In this document: piece by piece, positions 49,223 through 58,549 of the stretch
Layout of the letters: every line of letters begins with the position of its first letter
Position numbering within the stretch: position 1 is the first letter of the stretch
Made by a program: the position numbers and the translations under genes
Source: Sphingobacteriales bacterium
Lineage (GTDB): Bacteria; Bacteroidota; Bacteroidia; Chitinophagales; JADIYW01
Length of the DNA stretch: 64,000 nucleotides
Assembly (NCBI GenBank): GCA_016719635.1
Contig: JADJYT010000002.1
Coordinates: 94,076-158,075, forward strand
Reading direction: 5' to 3'
Notes under the pieces: generated by a model
Told to the model about the DNA's origin: nothing
What the model saw: only the letters and a program-made list of their open reading frames with translations
Databases searched by the model: none

Positions 49223-50080
49223 ATGACGACACACCAACACTACATACAGTACCATAACGCAGACAGATTAGGTAATTATCCGACACCTAAAACTGACTTC
49301 AAAACCAGCATTGACTTGTTGACGTTTGACAACAGCGTTAAATATGAAGCACAGTTTTACACTTCGAAAAAACTTGTAGAAAAAGCAGTTGGACAGTTTT
49401 GTTTTTTAATCGTTGGTAAGACAGAAAAAATCAAAAAATATTATTTGTGGTCATACTTTAGAATTGATGACTTTACAAAAGACCAAAATAAATATTACAA
49501 CGTAAACGGGACTGGTTTTGACTTTCAGAAACCTATTTTACTAAATGAGCTTGACAACTTTACGGACTTTAGAAATTTTTGCGGGAATTTTGGTATTGGT
49601 TTTCAAAATATTGACAAACACATTTTCTGTTCGACCTTAATTTCATTGGCAGACCAAACCAAACTCGACATTCCGACAAATACAAATGTTCCAAACATTG
49701 CGGACGACTTAAAGCTTGCACTAAAACTACTTAACGAAAAAATGCAAAATGTTAGTCCAGAGAAAAGAATGGCAGAAGTTGAGCAGACTTTGCGTAAGGA
49801 CAAACAAATTGTTGACCTATTCAAAAAAGTAAATAAATATAAATGTCAGTTTCCAGATTGCGACTCGTTAGTAATGACAGCAGACGGAACGAATTATGTT
49901 GAAGTTGCCCATATAAAACCAGTTAATCAAGGCGGACAAAGTATTCTTGGAAACATAATAGTTTTGTGTCCAAATCATCATAAAGAATTTGACTACGGTG
50001 TTTTAAAAATAGACGTGCAAACGGAAAATTTATTACAAGGACAGTTGAACGGAAAGACCTTTCAAATCGATACAGAATGA
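49223..50080 (+). CDS. HNH endonuclease with an unrecognised ~200-aa N-terminal domain (candidate type IV, McrA-like restriction enzyme)
   Basis: C-terminal 'CQFPDCDS...YVEVAHIKPVNQGGQSILGNIIVLCPNHHKEFDYG' is an HNH motif. The gene is visibly AT-rich compared with its flanks. Confidence 0.75.
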   Translation: MTTHQHYIQYHNADRLGNYPTPKTDFKTSIDLLTFDNSVKYEAQFYTSKKLVEKAVGQFCFLIVGKTEKIKKYYLWSYFRIDDFTKDQNKYYNVNGTGFDFQKPILLNELDNFTDFRNFCGNFGIGFQNIDKHIFCSTLISLADQTKLDIPTNTNVPNIADDLKLALKLLNEKMQNVSPEKRMAEVEQTLRKDKQIVDLFKKVNKYKCQFPDCDSLVMTADGTNYVEVAHIKPVNQGGQSILGNIIVLCPNHHKEFDYGVLKIDVQTENLLQGQLNGKTFQIDTE

Positions 50081-50132
50081 AAAAAACATCAGCTAACAGC
50101 ACCTACCCAAAAGGCGGTGTTTCGTGTTCCAA

Positions 50133-50200
50133 AGACAGTTTTGTGGTTAATCAAACATTTGTTCTTCATTTCAAGTGTAGTGCTGGCAGACAGTTTTGTG
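50133..50200 (+). repeat. 13-nt direct repeat AGACAGTTTTGTG (50133-50145 and 50188-50200) inside a structured spacer
   Basis: The two copies are exact. They are flanked by the imperfect inverted pairs ggcggtgtttcg (50113-50124) / cgaaaacgcc (50204-50213) and cagcacctac (50093-50102) / gtagtgctg (50177-50185). Confidence 0.6.
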
Positions 50201-50284
50201 CTTCGAAAACGCCAACTTCATAAACCCGCAAAACGTTACCGGTCATTGCTGAACGCAAACTAAAGGATAGATACACAGACAAAA

Positions 50285-50866
50285 ATGACACCAATATTCT
50301 TCCGAACACCATTGTTATTTAGGGAGTGGTTAGAAAAAAACCATGAGAACGAAACTGAATTACTGGTTGGTTTTTACAAAGTAAATTCAGGCAAACAATC
50401 TATGACCTGGTCCCAGTCGGTTGATCAGGCAATTTGTTTCGGCTGGATTGACGGTGTCAAACATTCCATTGACAATTGCAGTTATCAAATACGTTTTACA
50501 CCAAGAAAAAAATCAAGCATCTGGAGTGCGGTAAACATAAAAAAGGTTGAAACATTGACAGAGCAAGGGCTTATGACAAAACCAGGGCTGGAGAGTTTCA
50601 GGCACCGAACCGAAAGCAGATCAAAGCTATATGCTTTTGAAAACGAAGAGGTAAAGTTTTCGCCTGAACTTGAAAAATTATTTAAAGCGAATAAAGCAGC
50701 CTGGGACTATTTTCAATCTCTTGCACAAACTTACAGGAAACTTTCTTCCAATTGGGTAATGAGTGCAAAACAAGAAACAACAAGAATGAAAAGACTTCAT
50801 GAACTTATTGCTGACAGTGAATTAAGGACGAATAAATGGAAACATAATAAATACAACAGGAAATGA
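50285..50866 (+). CDS. YdeI/OmpD-associated family protein
   Basis: 'FREWLEKNH', 'ELLVGFYK', 'AICFGWIDG', 'RFTPRKKSSIWS'. Confidence 0.75.
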   Translation: MTPIFFRTPLLFREWLEKNHENETELLVGFYKVNSGKQSMTWSQSVDQAICFGWIDGVKHSIDNCSYQIRFTPRKKSSIWSAVNIKKVETLTEQGLMTKPGLESFRHRTESRSKLYAFENEEVKFSPELEKLFKANKAAWDYFQSLAQTYRKLSSNWVMSAKQETTRMKRLHELIADSELRTNKWKHNKYNRK

Positions 50867-51169
50867 AAAGCGGATGAGGTAGAACAACGAACCGCAAACA
50901 GCACATTTGCAGCAGGCGCCAAACCGATATCGGCATTTTCAAAAATTATGATTCTTTAAACCTGCCGGAAATCCAAAACCTTTCCATATATATTACGAAA
51001 AAAACGTATGGACATGAAATCCAAAGCATAGTGCATTATGTAAACAGGCAACAACAGGAAGCGGTGGTTTTCCATGAGTTTACACAAGGGTGGTTTCTGC
51101 TGAAGATATAGACACCTGTTTCAAACATCTTTACAATATCAAAGATTCATCACCATAAAAATATAAGCA

Positions 51170-51649
51170 ATGGAAACGCAAACAAAAACAACAGAAAACT
51201 TCATCACAAAGAACAGGAAGGCCCTTCTCGTCATCGGTGCCCTTATCGTGTTGTCGAAATTATCCGGCGGCAGCGGCGACAATGAATATGCCGGCGCAGA
51301 ATCATCTTACGCCTCAGCTTCATCATCTTCTTCCCGGCAATCTTTGGATCCGCAAGTGGCGGGACGATGGGTGTACGAACAGCATACCACTACCACCGGT
51401 TCTGCAAGCTATGCTTCGTTTACTTCCGTGAAATACCATGATTTTAACGAAGACGGAACTTACGTATTCACTGACGGAGGTTCCTCATTGAGTGCGCCTG
51501 CCGGAGAATTGGGACGCGGTACATGGCATACAGAAGGCAGGGTCATCGTAATGGTCAGGAATGGCCAAAACTTTAGGGTTCCTTATCAGTTCTCAGACGG
51601 ACAACTGGTGATGGGAAGCGGTGGAGACTATTACCACATGCACCGTTAA
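51170..51649 (+). CDS. hypothetical membrane-anchored protein
   Basis: 159 aa with one TM helix ('ALLVIGALIVL') and a Ser-rich linker. No family recognised. Confidence 0.5.
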   Translation: METQTKTTENFITKNRKALLVIGALIVLSKLSGGSGDNEYAGAESSYASASSSSSRQSLDPQVAGRWVYEQHTTTTGSASYASFTSVKYHDFNEDGTYVFTDGGSSLSAPAGELGRGTWHTEGRVIVMVRNGQNFRVPYQFSDGQLVMGSGGDYYHMHR

Positions 51650-51671
51650 AAATGATTATACTAAAAGTATG

Positions 51672-51695
51672 GCCGCCTTTAGGCGGCTTATTCTC
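51672..51695 (+). terminator. hairpin terminator after the 51170-51649 gene
   Basis: Stem gccgcc/ggcggc, loop ttta, followed by T-rich ttattct. Confidence 0.6.
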
Positions 51696-52106
51696 CTTAA
51701 AATTTAAGGGTGGGCTCAGCAACTGGCGGGTGAATAGCGGCGGATAAGAATCCCACCTTAGAGTCATTTTTATAAACCCCCTTTATTCATTCAATCAAAG
51801 TCGTTATTTAACAGCATACGTTGAGTGGTTTCTCCATGGTCTGTTTAGGTAAAATGAGAATAAACAGAAGTCTCCGGTTGCATTGAAAAAATAAATCATT
51901 AAGTCAGTAAACAGCGAGCAACAAAACGGCCGCCAACCACTTAGTTCACCTTACTTCGTGTTAAGTTCCATTTTACAAATTTTAAACTATAAAGCTCGCT
52001 CATACGTCTGCTTGCAATCCGATATTTTTTGCTCCGCAAAAATCACCATCCGCTTCTTCTCCTTTAACGAGTCCTTTTTTTCCAAAGTCCTCTGACAAAT
52101 TTTCAA

Positions 52107-52303
52107 AACTGCCGACCTCGAGGGTCGGGAAAGAAAACCCGGTACTGTCCAACCAAGATGGCAACTTCTGAATGCACCGCACATCCGTAATTCCGACATA
52201 TTTCATTCATCCTTCGCCAATCAACAGACACCTCCCATCGTTCGATGTGACCTCGAGGGTGGAAACAACAGATAGTTTAGGGAACTGCCGACCTCGAGGG
52301 TCG
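52107..52303. repeat. REP-like palindromic repeats: AACTGCCGACCTCGAGGGTCG twice (52107-52127 and 52283-52303) plus the partial copy GACCTCGAGGGT (52249-52260)
   Basis: The two long copies are 21-nt exact duplicates. The core ccgacc-tcgag-ggtcgg can fold into a short hairpin. One copy sits immediately 3' of the GT2 stop codon. Confidence 0.75.
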
Positions 52304-52307
52304 AAAA

Positions 52308-53486
52308 TCAATTCCTGACGGTAGGCTGCCAGATATTGCTTTTTACGCCGATGCAAAACCGGACAAAACCTATGAATACCGCCGCATTCATCAGCAGGAA
52401 ATAATGAAACCGGCGCAGTGGTTTCAGCTGTGCGCCCAACACCCCTAAAAGCAGGTCCAGCAGCGGCAGGGTTATGGTCAGCAGCAATACCGGAAGTGTC
52501 CACTCCAGCAATAAGATATAATACAGGATGAGCAGCAGAAAAGGGGTTTTCCAGCGCAGTACCTTGTGCGATAAAAAAACAAAACCCGGCATACCGAACG
52601 GATTCAAAGCCTGTTTCTTAAAGCGCCACAGGTTCTGAAAATTTCCGGTAGCGATTCGTATTTTGCGGGTAAACTCCTGCTTCCAGCCGGTGATGATGTC
52701 TTCGTAGCACACCGCCTCCTTATTGAACAAGGTATGATATTGACGCACCGCAATGGAAAATCCGATATAGAAATCATCCACCAAAAAATTGGCAGGCACC
52801 GATGTGAACAGACTTTTCCGGATGGCGTAACAACCACCGGAAGGCCCGGTAATACAGTGGTAAACGAGGGTTTCATCTTCCTTAATCCTGTTCTCATATT
52901 CCCAGTACAGGTTCTCATTTTCATTCGTTACACGTTTGGGCTGAATGTTGGCATCCACCAACCCTACCTGTTCGTCCTTAAAATACTTCACCAGCTCAAA
53001 GATGGTATTTTCGGAAAAGAGTACATTGGCATCCGTCAGGAGCAGCAAGGCATTATCCTTAAAATTCTGACCGGCAACCATCTGATTCAATACCGAAGGT
53101 TTACCCTGACGTTCGGAAAACTCCACAAGATGGACAGCCTCAGAAAACCCCGATTCTATGACATTTTTCGTTGAATCCGTGCAGTTATCCAATCCTATAT
53201 GGATGTATATCTTCTCTTTGGGATATGCAGACAGCAGGATGCTGTTCAGTTTATCCCCAATGACCTTTTCTTCATTCTGAACGGGAATAAGGATATGGAC
53301 TTCCGGCAAATCGTCCTCTCTGGTAAATGTTTCCAATCGAAGCGATTTACCGCCTGCCTTTCTTTTCAAAAAATAAGGATAGAGGAGATACGTGTATATC
53401 AGCAGAAAAGCAGTCAGTATAAAAACAACGTATATCAATTGGTAATCTTGACGATTTTTTTCAGTCGTTGATTCAGCCTGTTCCAT
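52308..53486 (-). CDS. family 2 glycosyltransferase with N- and C-terminal TM helices (processive synthase-like)
   Basis: 'ILIPVQNEE', 'LLLTDANV', 'GGCYAIRK', and multiple C-terminal TM segments. Confidence 0.8.
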   Translation of the reverse strand: MEQAESTTEKNRQDYQLIYVVFILTAFLLIYTYLLYPYFLKRKAGGKSLRLETFTREDDLPEVHILIPVQNEEKVIGDKLNSILLSAYPKEKIYIHIGLDNCTDSTKNVIESGFSEAVHLVEFSERQGKPSVLNQMVAGQNFKDNALLLLTDANVLFSENTIFELVKYFKDEQVGLVDANIQPKRVTNENENLYWEYENRIKEDETLVYHCITGPSGGCYAIRKSLFTSVPANFLVDDFYIGFSIAVRQYHTLFNKEAVCYEDIITGWKQEFTRKIRIATGNFQNLWRFKKQALNPFGMPGFVFLSHKVLRWKTPFLLLILYYILLLEWTLPVLLLTITLPLLDLLLGVLGAQLKPLRRFHYFLLMNAAVFIGFVRFCIGVKSNIWQPTVRN

Positions 53487-54887
53487 GTAATGTTATACCA
53501 CTCGCTCCTGAACAGCACGGAATCGTTATTGGCCTTATAGGTGAGAAACAAAGCCACCGGAAGCAATACAATCGACGACAGCCACATACCCACAAACGGG
53601 GGAAGAATCAGCTCTTTCGCCAGTTTTTCACCAATCACATTGAAGACATGGAAGACCACAAAATACAACACCGCAATCAGGATAGGCATGCCGAATCCGC
53701 CTTTGCGCACGATGGCACCCATGGCACCGCCGACAAAACAACAGGACCAGGCAGGCGAAGGAGAGGCTGAATTTCCTATACATCTCACAATAGTAATTGA
53801 CATAATTCAGCTGCTTGAAAGCAAGTTGGCTCTCCGATGCATTGGTATTGTTGATCAGCCCCTGCACATTACCGGTGGTGACAGACAAACAACTACGGGT
53901 GATGTTTCTCTTAAAGACATTCCGGATATTGACTTTTGAATAATGAACGGTATCTATCGGCTTGAGGGTATCTATCGAAGGTTTCAGGGATGATAAATAA
54001 ACGGAATTGTTCTTACTGATATCTTCGACACGCTTCAGCATATCTCTCTTTAAGGAATCCGCCTCCTGCAGCAACTGCGAAGCACTGAACATGATGAAGT
54101 TTGTTTTAAACAGGGACTGGTCAGTTCTTGTCATTTTAAATTCCCTTAAGTCAAAGACTTTTCTCCATTGCTTAAATTCCATCACGGTCTGTTCCGGTAC
54201 GTCGTCCGGAGATCCTCCGGCCCTCTTTCGCACATCCTGGTATTGTTTTCCGTTGTATAAGGTTAATATCAGATGATCTCCCGTATTGTTCAGGGCAATG
54301 TCTCCTTTATCTGCCAGCACGACGTTGTCGTTGCCCCTGCCCTGTGAATGGTCATATACTATGATTCCGTACAGTGTCTTGTTGTCAGGGTCCTTGTGCT
54401 GGATTTTCAGGGCAAACCCGGAAATTCCGCGGTAAAAAACGCCTTCTTTTATATCCAGCGCCGGTTTCTGTTTCCGGATATCATAGAGCAGGGAATAGAA
54501 CCTCAGATGCACCTGCGGCAGCAAGGTATTGGAAAAATAAAAGGCGGCAGCTGCCAGAAAAACGGTAAACACAATCAGGCTGCCCATCGTTCTGATTAAC
54601 GACAACCCGCCTGCCTTATAGGCCGTAAGCTCACTGTTTTCACCGAGTGTCCCGATGACCATGGTTGAGGCCAGCAGAATGGCTAATGGCAACGCCATGG
54701 GTACTATCGTCAGGGAGAAGAGCCCGACCAGTTTCAGCAGCAACGATGTCTCCAGGCCTTTTCCGACAATATCGTCGATGTATTTCCATAGAAACTGCAT
54801 CATAAAGATAAAGGTGGTCAGTCCAAAGGTGATGATCAGTGGAACGATGAAACTTCCTAATACTACTCTGTCTACCCGCTTTAACAT
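53435..54887 (-). pseudogene. LptF/LptG-family (YjgP/YjgQ) permease interrupted by a +1 frameshift
   Basis: ORF 53628-54887 carries the LptF/G-like N-terminus. It derails after '...RKFSLSFACLVLLF'. ORF 53435-53803 continues with 'VGGAMGAIVRKGGFGMPILIAV...'. The frames join at the coding-strand T4 run (plus-strand aaaa at 53745-53748). Confidence 0.75.
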
Positions 54888-54919
54888 ATTTATATCTTAC
54901 TCCGAAAATGACCTGCTAA

Positions 54920-55906
54920 TTACAGCGTGCTGTAAAATTTCTTCAGTCTCGCTTCTATGCGCTCCTGTAAAAATCCGTCTTTCAGCGCTTTTTCCAATAC
55001 AGGAACCGCGAACTCTTCGGTTTCCTTTATCACTTTCTGCTGAGTGATGCCATTTTCGTTTAACAGATCCGCAACGGTTTTATTATTGCAGTATTCAAAG
55101 AAGTGGTCAATGACGATCTCGCTGATTTCCTTGACGGCTGCATTTTTCAATAAATCCTTTACCACCTGTTCTCCTATCTCAAGGCTGCCTTCTATGTCTT
55201 CAAATTTAATCTTTTTGGCAACGCCGCTTATTTTCACATCTTCAATCTTATGCCAGATGGATTTGGAAGAAGCGCGCAGTTTGGCATCGCTAAACCGGTC
55301 TTTCAGGTGCTGCTCACTTTGTTTCAGTGTCTTGGATAAATTGTCAGCGATAAACTTCTTGATATTCTTATCAATCGTGTCGGAGACACCCGACAATGCG
55401 GCACCTAAGATGCCTTTACCCAAATTGAACAGGGAACCGCCGACGGTTTCGTTGCTGGGCCCGCTTTGCGATGCGAACGCCTTGATACCATCGTACAATG
55501 TATCGGCAATAATTTCACCGTACACCGGATTCTTCACCATATTTTCTATCAGCTCTTCTCTCCATTCTTTCTGGGCGATGAGCTTATCCGCAATTTCATT
55601 GTATCTTTTTTCACTGAGATAATCCGAAACCGTATGTTTGGATTGCTTCGCTTCCTTATGCAGGTGTTTCGCCAGGTCCAGCGCATATTCCTTCTGTTCT
55701 TCAGACAGCTCATAATGCTTGACATTGCGTTCTAAAAACCCCTTTACCGTTTCTGCATCTGCAATATCTTTCAATTTGACCTTTTCCAGCCATTGATACA
55801 CCGCACCGGCATCTTCCCGGATGTTCGCCTTGATATTCTTTTTACTGAATTGTTCCAATTCAAACGCAACATGCGCTTCATATATTTTTTTTGTTTCTGC
55901 CTTCAT
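54920..55906 (-). CDS. hypothetical protein
   Basis: 328-aa helical, Lys/Glu-rich ORF. No family recognised. Confidence 0.6.
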   Translation of the reverse strand: MKAETKKIYEAHVAFELEQFSKKNIKANIREDAGAVYQWLEKVKLKDIADAETVKGFLERNVKHYELSEEQKEYALDLAKHLHKEAKQSKHTVSDYLSEKRYNEIADKLIAQKEWREELIENMVKNPVYGEIIADTLYDGIKAFASQSGPSNETVGGSLFNLGKGILGAALSGVSDTIDKNIKKFIADNLSKTLKQSEQHLKDRFSDAKLRASSKSIWHKIEDVKISGVAKKIKFEDIEGSLEIGEQVVKDLLKNAAVKEISEIVIDHFFEYCNNKTVADLLNENGITQQKVIKETEEFAVPVLEKALKDGFLQERIEARLKKFYSTL

Positions 55907-55976
55907 ACAAGTACTGATTATTGTGACCTGATGAAGTTAATACTATTTTTGAAAAAAATATTATACAAATGAATTC

Positions 55977-56819
55977 TTACCTGCGAATCCTTCTTCGTAT
56001 AAACCAAAACAGTACGAAAAACACCAGTAAAACCAACGGCCATGCGCGGATGATACCTAATATGAAATACAGCAATCCTTTCCATCCTGCCACGAAACCT
56101 TTTCCAATCTCCCCGAAAAACCCGACGGGCGCAGAAGTCGTTTCATAAATGCTAAGATTCAATACACTCATGCCGACCCGGTCATTCAGGTATTTCAATC
56201 TGCCCTCCGCGCTTTCAATATCTGTCCGAACATTATTGAGCTCTTCCTCCACCTGCAGCACCTCTGACACATTCTTCGTCTGCTTTAATAAGTCATAATA
56301 ATGCTGTTCCAGTTCTTTCTTCGTCTTTATCCTTGCCGTCACGTCAATATACTCCTCCGTCACATCCATTACCTTGACATTCTTTTCATCAAATCTGTTC
56401 ACCTCCTTTTCTATATCGGTGATGAAGGTGTCAAATTTATCGGAAGGGATGCGCAGTTCCATCGTCGTCCTGACTTGATATTCATCCCGCACCTGGTTGT
56501 CGCTGGACAGATAACCGTTGAGTTTCTTTGCCTGTTCGACGATTCCGGCATGTGTTTTTCGGATGTCAGACGTTTCCCAGATAAGTGTGCCTTCTTTTGT
56601 CAGCTTGCGCTCCATCTTTACGGCTGATGGGGCAGACCCGGATGGGGACGATGTTGCAGCATCCGGAGAGGAGCCGGAAGAACTTTCCAAAACCGGTGCT
56701 GAGAATCCTCCGGCAGAGGAATCCATTTGTTTGCTTTCCCTTTTTTGACTGCACTGTGTAAAAGAAAGGAAGAGGACGGAGCCGTATAACAGGCTCCTGA
56801 TTAAGAAATACTTTTTCAT
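55977..56819 (-). CDS. DUF4349-like lipoprotein
   Basis: The ATG at 56819 gives 'MKKYFLIRSLLYGSVLFLSFTQC' (lipobox). Coiled-coil middle and a C-terminal TM helix. The DUF4349 assignment is from memory. Confidence 0.6.
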   Translation of the reverse strand: MKKYFLIRSLLYGSVLFLSFTQCSQKRESKQMDSSAGGFSAPVLESSSGSSPDAATSSPSGSAPSAVKMERKLTKEGTLIWETSDIRKTHAGIVEQAKKLNGYLSSDNQVRDEYQVRTTMELRIPSDKFDTFITDIEKEVNRFDEKNVKVMDVTEEYIDVTARIKTKKELEQHYYDLLKQTKNVSEVLQVEEELNNVRTDIESAEGRLKYLNDRVGMSVLNLSIYETTSAPVGFFGEIGKGFVAGWKGLLYFILGIIRAWPLVLLVFFVLFWFIRRRIRR

Positions 56820-56918
56820 TTTTAGTTGGTTTGGTTGAACTAAAATTGAAGAAAGCAATCAGAATTGTAAAGGAGGATATAGTTAAATACTATTAAGCAT
56901 CCCGCTTATTAGGAATAA

Positions 56919-57629
56919 TTATGCCAGGTTGTGGAAGACGTTCTGAACATCGTCATCCTGCTCGAGTTTGTCTATCAGCTCGAGCACATCATCCGTTTCC
57001 GTTTCGTTCAACTCTTTATGAATGGACGGAATGCGGTGCAGCTCCGCACTGATTACTTCGATATTCCGGTCTTCCAGCGCTTTTTGCATCGAACCGAAGT
57101 CTGCAAATTTGGTATAGATGAGCAAATGATTCTCTTCGTCTTTTTCGAGACTGTCCAGACCGGCGTCAATCAATTCCAACTCGAGTTCATCCATATCTAT
57201 ACCATCCGCTTTTATTTTAAAAACCCCTTTCCGTTCAAAAATGAAATCGTGCATGCCCTGGGTTCCCATAGAACCGCCGTTTTTATTCAGGATGGTGCGC
57301 AGGTTCGCCACGGTACGGGTAGGGTTGTCGGTGGCGGTTTCAATGACCAGTGCGGTAGCATGCGGCCCCATTCCTTCATATACCACTATGGCAAAACCCT
57401 TATCGTCCTTGGAAGAAGCCCGTTTGATAGCCGCTTCTATCCTGTCTTTCGGCATCTGTGCCGCTTTCGCATTCTGTATGGCTCTGCGCAAATTCGCATT
57501 GGTATCCGGGCTGGTCCCTCCCTCTTTCACGGCCATCGCTATTTCTCTTCCGGCTCTGGTAAAGGCTTTCGCCATCCGGTCCCAACGGGCAAATTTTGCT
57601 GCTTTACGATATTCAAACGCGCGTCCCAT
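56919..57629 (-). CDS. yebC: YebC/PmpR-family DNA-binding transcriptional regulator
   Basis: 'MGRAFEYRKAAKFARWDRMAKAFTR', 'NLRRAIQNAKAAQMPKD'. Confidence 0.93.
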   Translation of the reverse strand: MGRAFEYRKAAKFARWDRMAKAFTRAGREIAMAVKEGGTSPDTNANLRRAIQNAKAAQMPKDRIEAAIKRASSKDDKGFAIVVYEGMGPHATALVIETATDNPTRTVANLRTILNKNGGSMGTQGMHDFIFERKGVFKIKADGIDMDELELELIDAGLDSLEKDEENHLLIYTKFADFGSMQKALEDRNIEVISAELHRIPSIHKELNETETDDVLELIDKLEQDDDVQNVFHNLA

Positions 57630-57716
57630 AAAAAAATTTAGTTTACTGTATTCTGTGCGCAAAGATAAAATTTATAAAACAAGTAACAAACAAGGCATAT
57701 TTTATATTTTTAGAAG

Positions 57717-58142
57717 ATGATTCAGAAAAAGAAGAAAGATTTTATCAAAAAGCATGAGTATCCGGGCGGCAGGAAAGCCTTTCAGGAATTTATTAAATCG
57801 CATTTGACCTACCCGGAAAATGCCCGGAAAAACAGGGTTGAAGGTGATGTGTTTTTAGAGTATCAGGTGGGATTTGACGGGCAGGTATCACATGTAAAAG
57901 TACTAAAAGGGATTGGTGCAGGATGTGATGAAGAGGCTGTCAGAATCCTGAAATTGTTGAAATTCGCGCCGCAGAAGAACCACGGAGTCAGAATTATTTC
58001 CACCCATAAAATCAAGATGCATTTTCAACTGCCGAAAGAGACAGAAAAGAAAGCAGTTCAAATCCGGTATGCTGTTCCTGTTAAAGCTGCTGATAAAAAG
58101 AAAACAGGAAAAAGTGGTTACTCTTACACCCTAAAATTCTAG
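57717..58142 (+). CDS. TonB C-terminal-domain protein
   Basis: 'YPENARKNRVEGDVFLEYQVGFDGQVSHVKVLKGIGAGCDEEAVRILK'. Confidence 0.7.
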   Translation: MIQKKKKDFIKKHEYPGGRKAFQEFIKSHLTYPENARKNRVEGDVFLEYQVGFDGQVSHVKVLKGIGAGCDEEAVRILKLLKFAPQKNHGVRIISTHKIKMHFQLPKETEKKAVQIRYAVPVKAADKKKTGKSGYSYTLKF

Positions 58143-58549
58143 ACATCCAGGAAACGGCTCCTGATTTCGGGAGATGGTATCATGCAACTGTCTTTCTTGC
58201 CAAACCAATTATAGCGGTTACGTGCGATGATATCGTAAAAAAAATCCGTTACAACCTTCGGAAGTACTGAAAAAAGGAGAAGCAGTCGCCAGATACCACC
58301 GAAATAACGGGCTATCCGAAAGGCAGCTGCGGATTTGAAATAAGCCTTGTTGTTTTCAACAAATACCACACCTTCCAGTGTTTCGGGCATCTTATAATAT
58401 TCCAGCAATTCTTTTCCGATTGCAGACTGAAGGCTTGCAAACTGAAGTGAGTTTGTTTTATCGTGTTTTATAATAAACTGTACACTGGATGCACAGAAAT
58501 TACATACCCCGTCGAACAATACCACCTTATCTAATTCACGGCTATTCAC
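58139..58549 (-). CDS. thiol-disulfide oxidoreductase DCC family (DUF393)
   Basis: 'VVLFDGVCNFCASSVQFIIKHD'. Confidence 0.8.
   Translation of the reverse strand: MNSRELDKVVLFDGVCNFCASSVQFIIKHDKTNSLQFASLQSAIGKELLEYYKMPETLEGVVFVENNKAYFKSAAAFRIARYFGGIWRLLLLFSVLPKVVTDFFYDIIARNRYNWFGKKDSCMIPSPEIRSRFLDV

Noticed and set aside
49040-50920. Integron cassette array or attC sites (unrelated same-strand genes, 'gctaac' and 'gttaccg' strings, bulged inverted repeats)
   Set aside because: I found no integrase, no clean RYYYAAC...GTTRRRY pair, and the inverted repeats interleave rather than nest. The observation is kept only as a structural oddity to test with attC models.
51697-51770. tRNA-like or tRNA-fragment element ('ggataagaatccca' resembles a T-arm), which might mark an integration site
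   Set aside because: The enclosed element is only about 56 nt. The T-stem does not pair and no acceptor-stem complementarity could be built.
52118-52140. RNase P RNA-like 'GAGGGTCGGGAAAG' string
   Set aside because: It does not match the conserved GAGGAAAGUCCGGGC core and lacks the surrounding P4 and other helices.
52107-52303. Possible CRISPR array
   Set aside because: There are only three copies of a 12-21-nt palindromic core, at irregular spacing of 134 and 41 nt. There are no cas genes, and the repeats are too short.
51987-52503. Minus-strand ORFs of 68-98 aa in the long intergenic region
   Set aside because: They have no signal, motif or family resemblance. Part of the 98-aa ORF overlaps the GT2 C-terminus out of frame. 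The shared 'TLEV' is just the translated palindrome.
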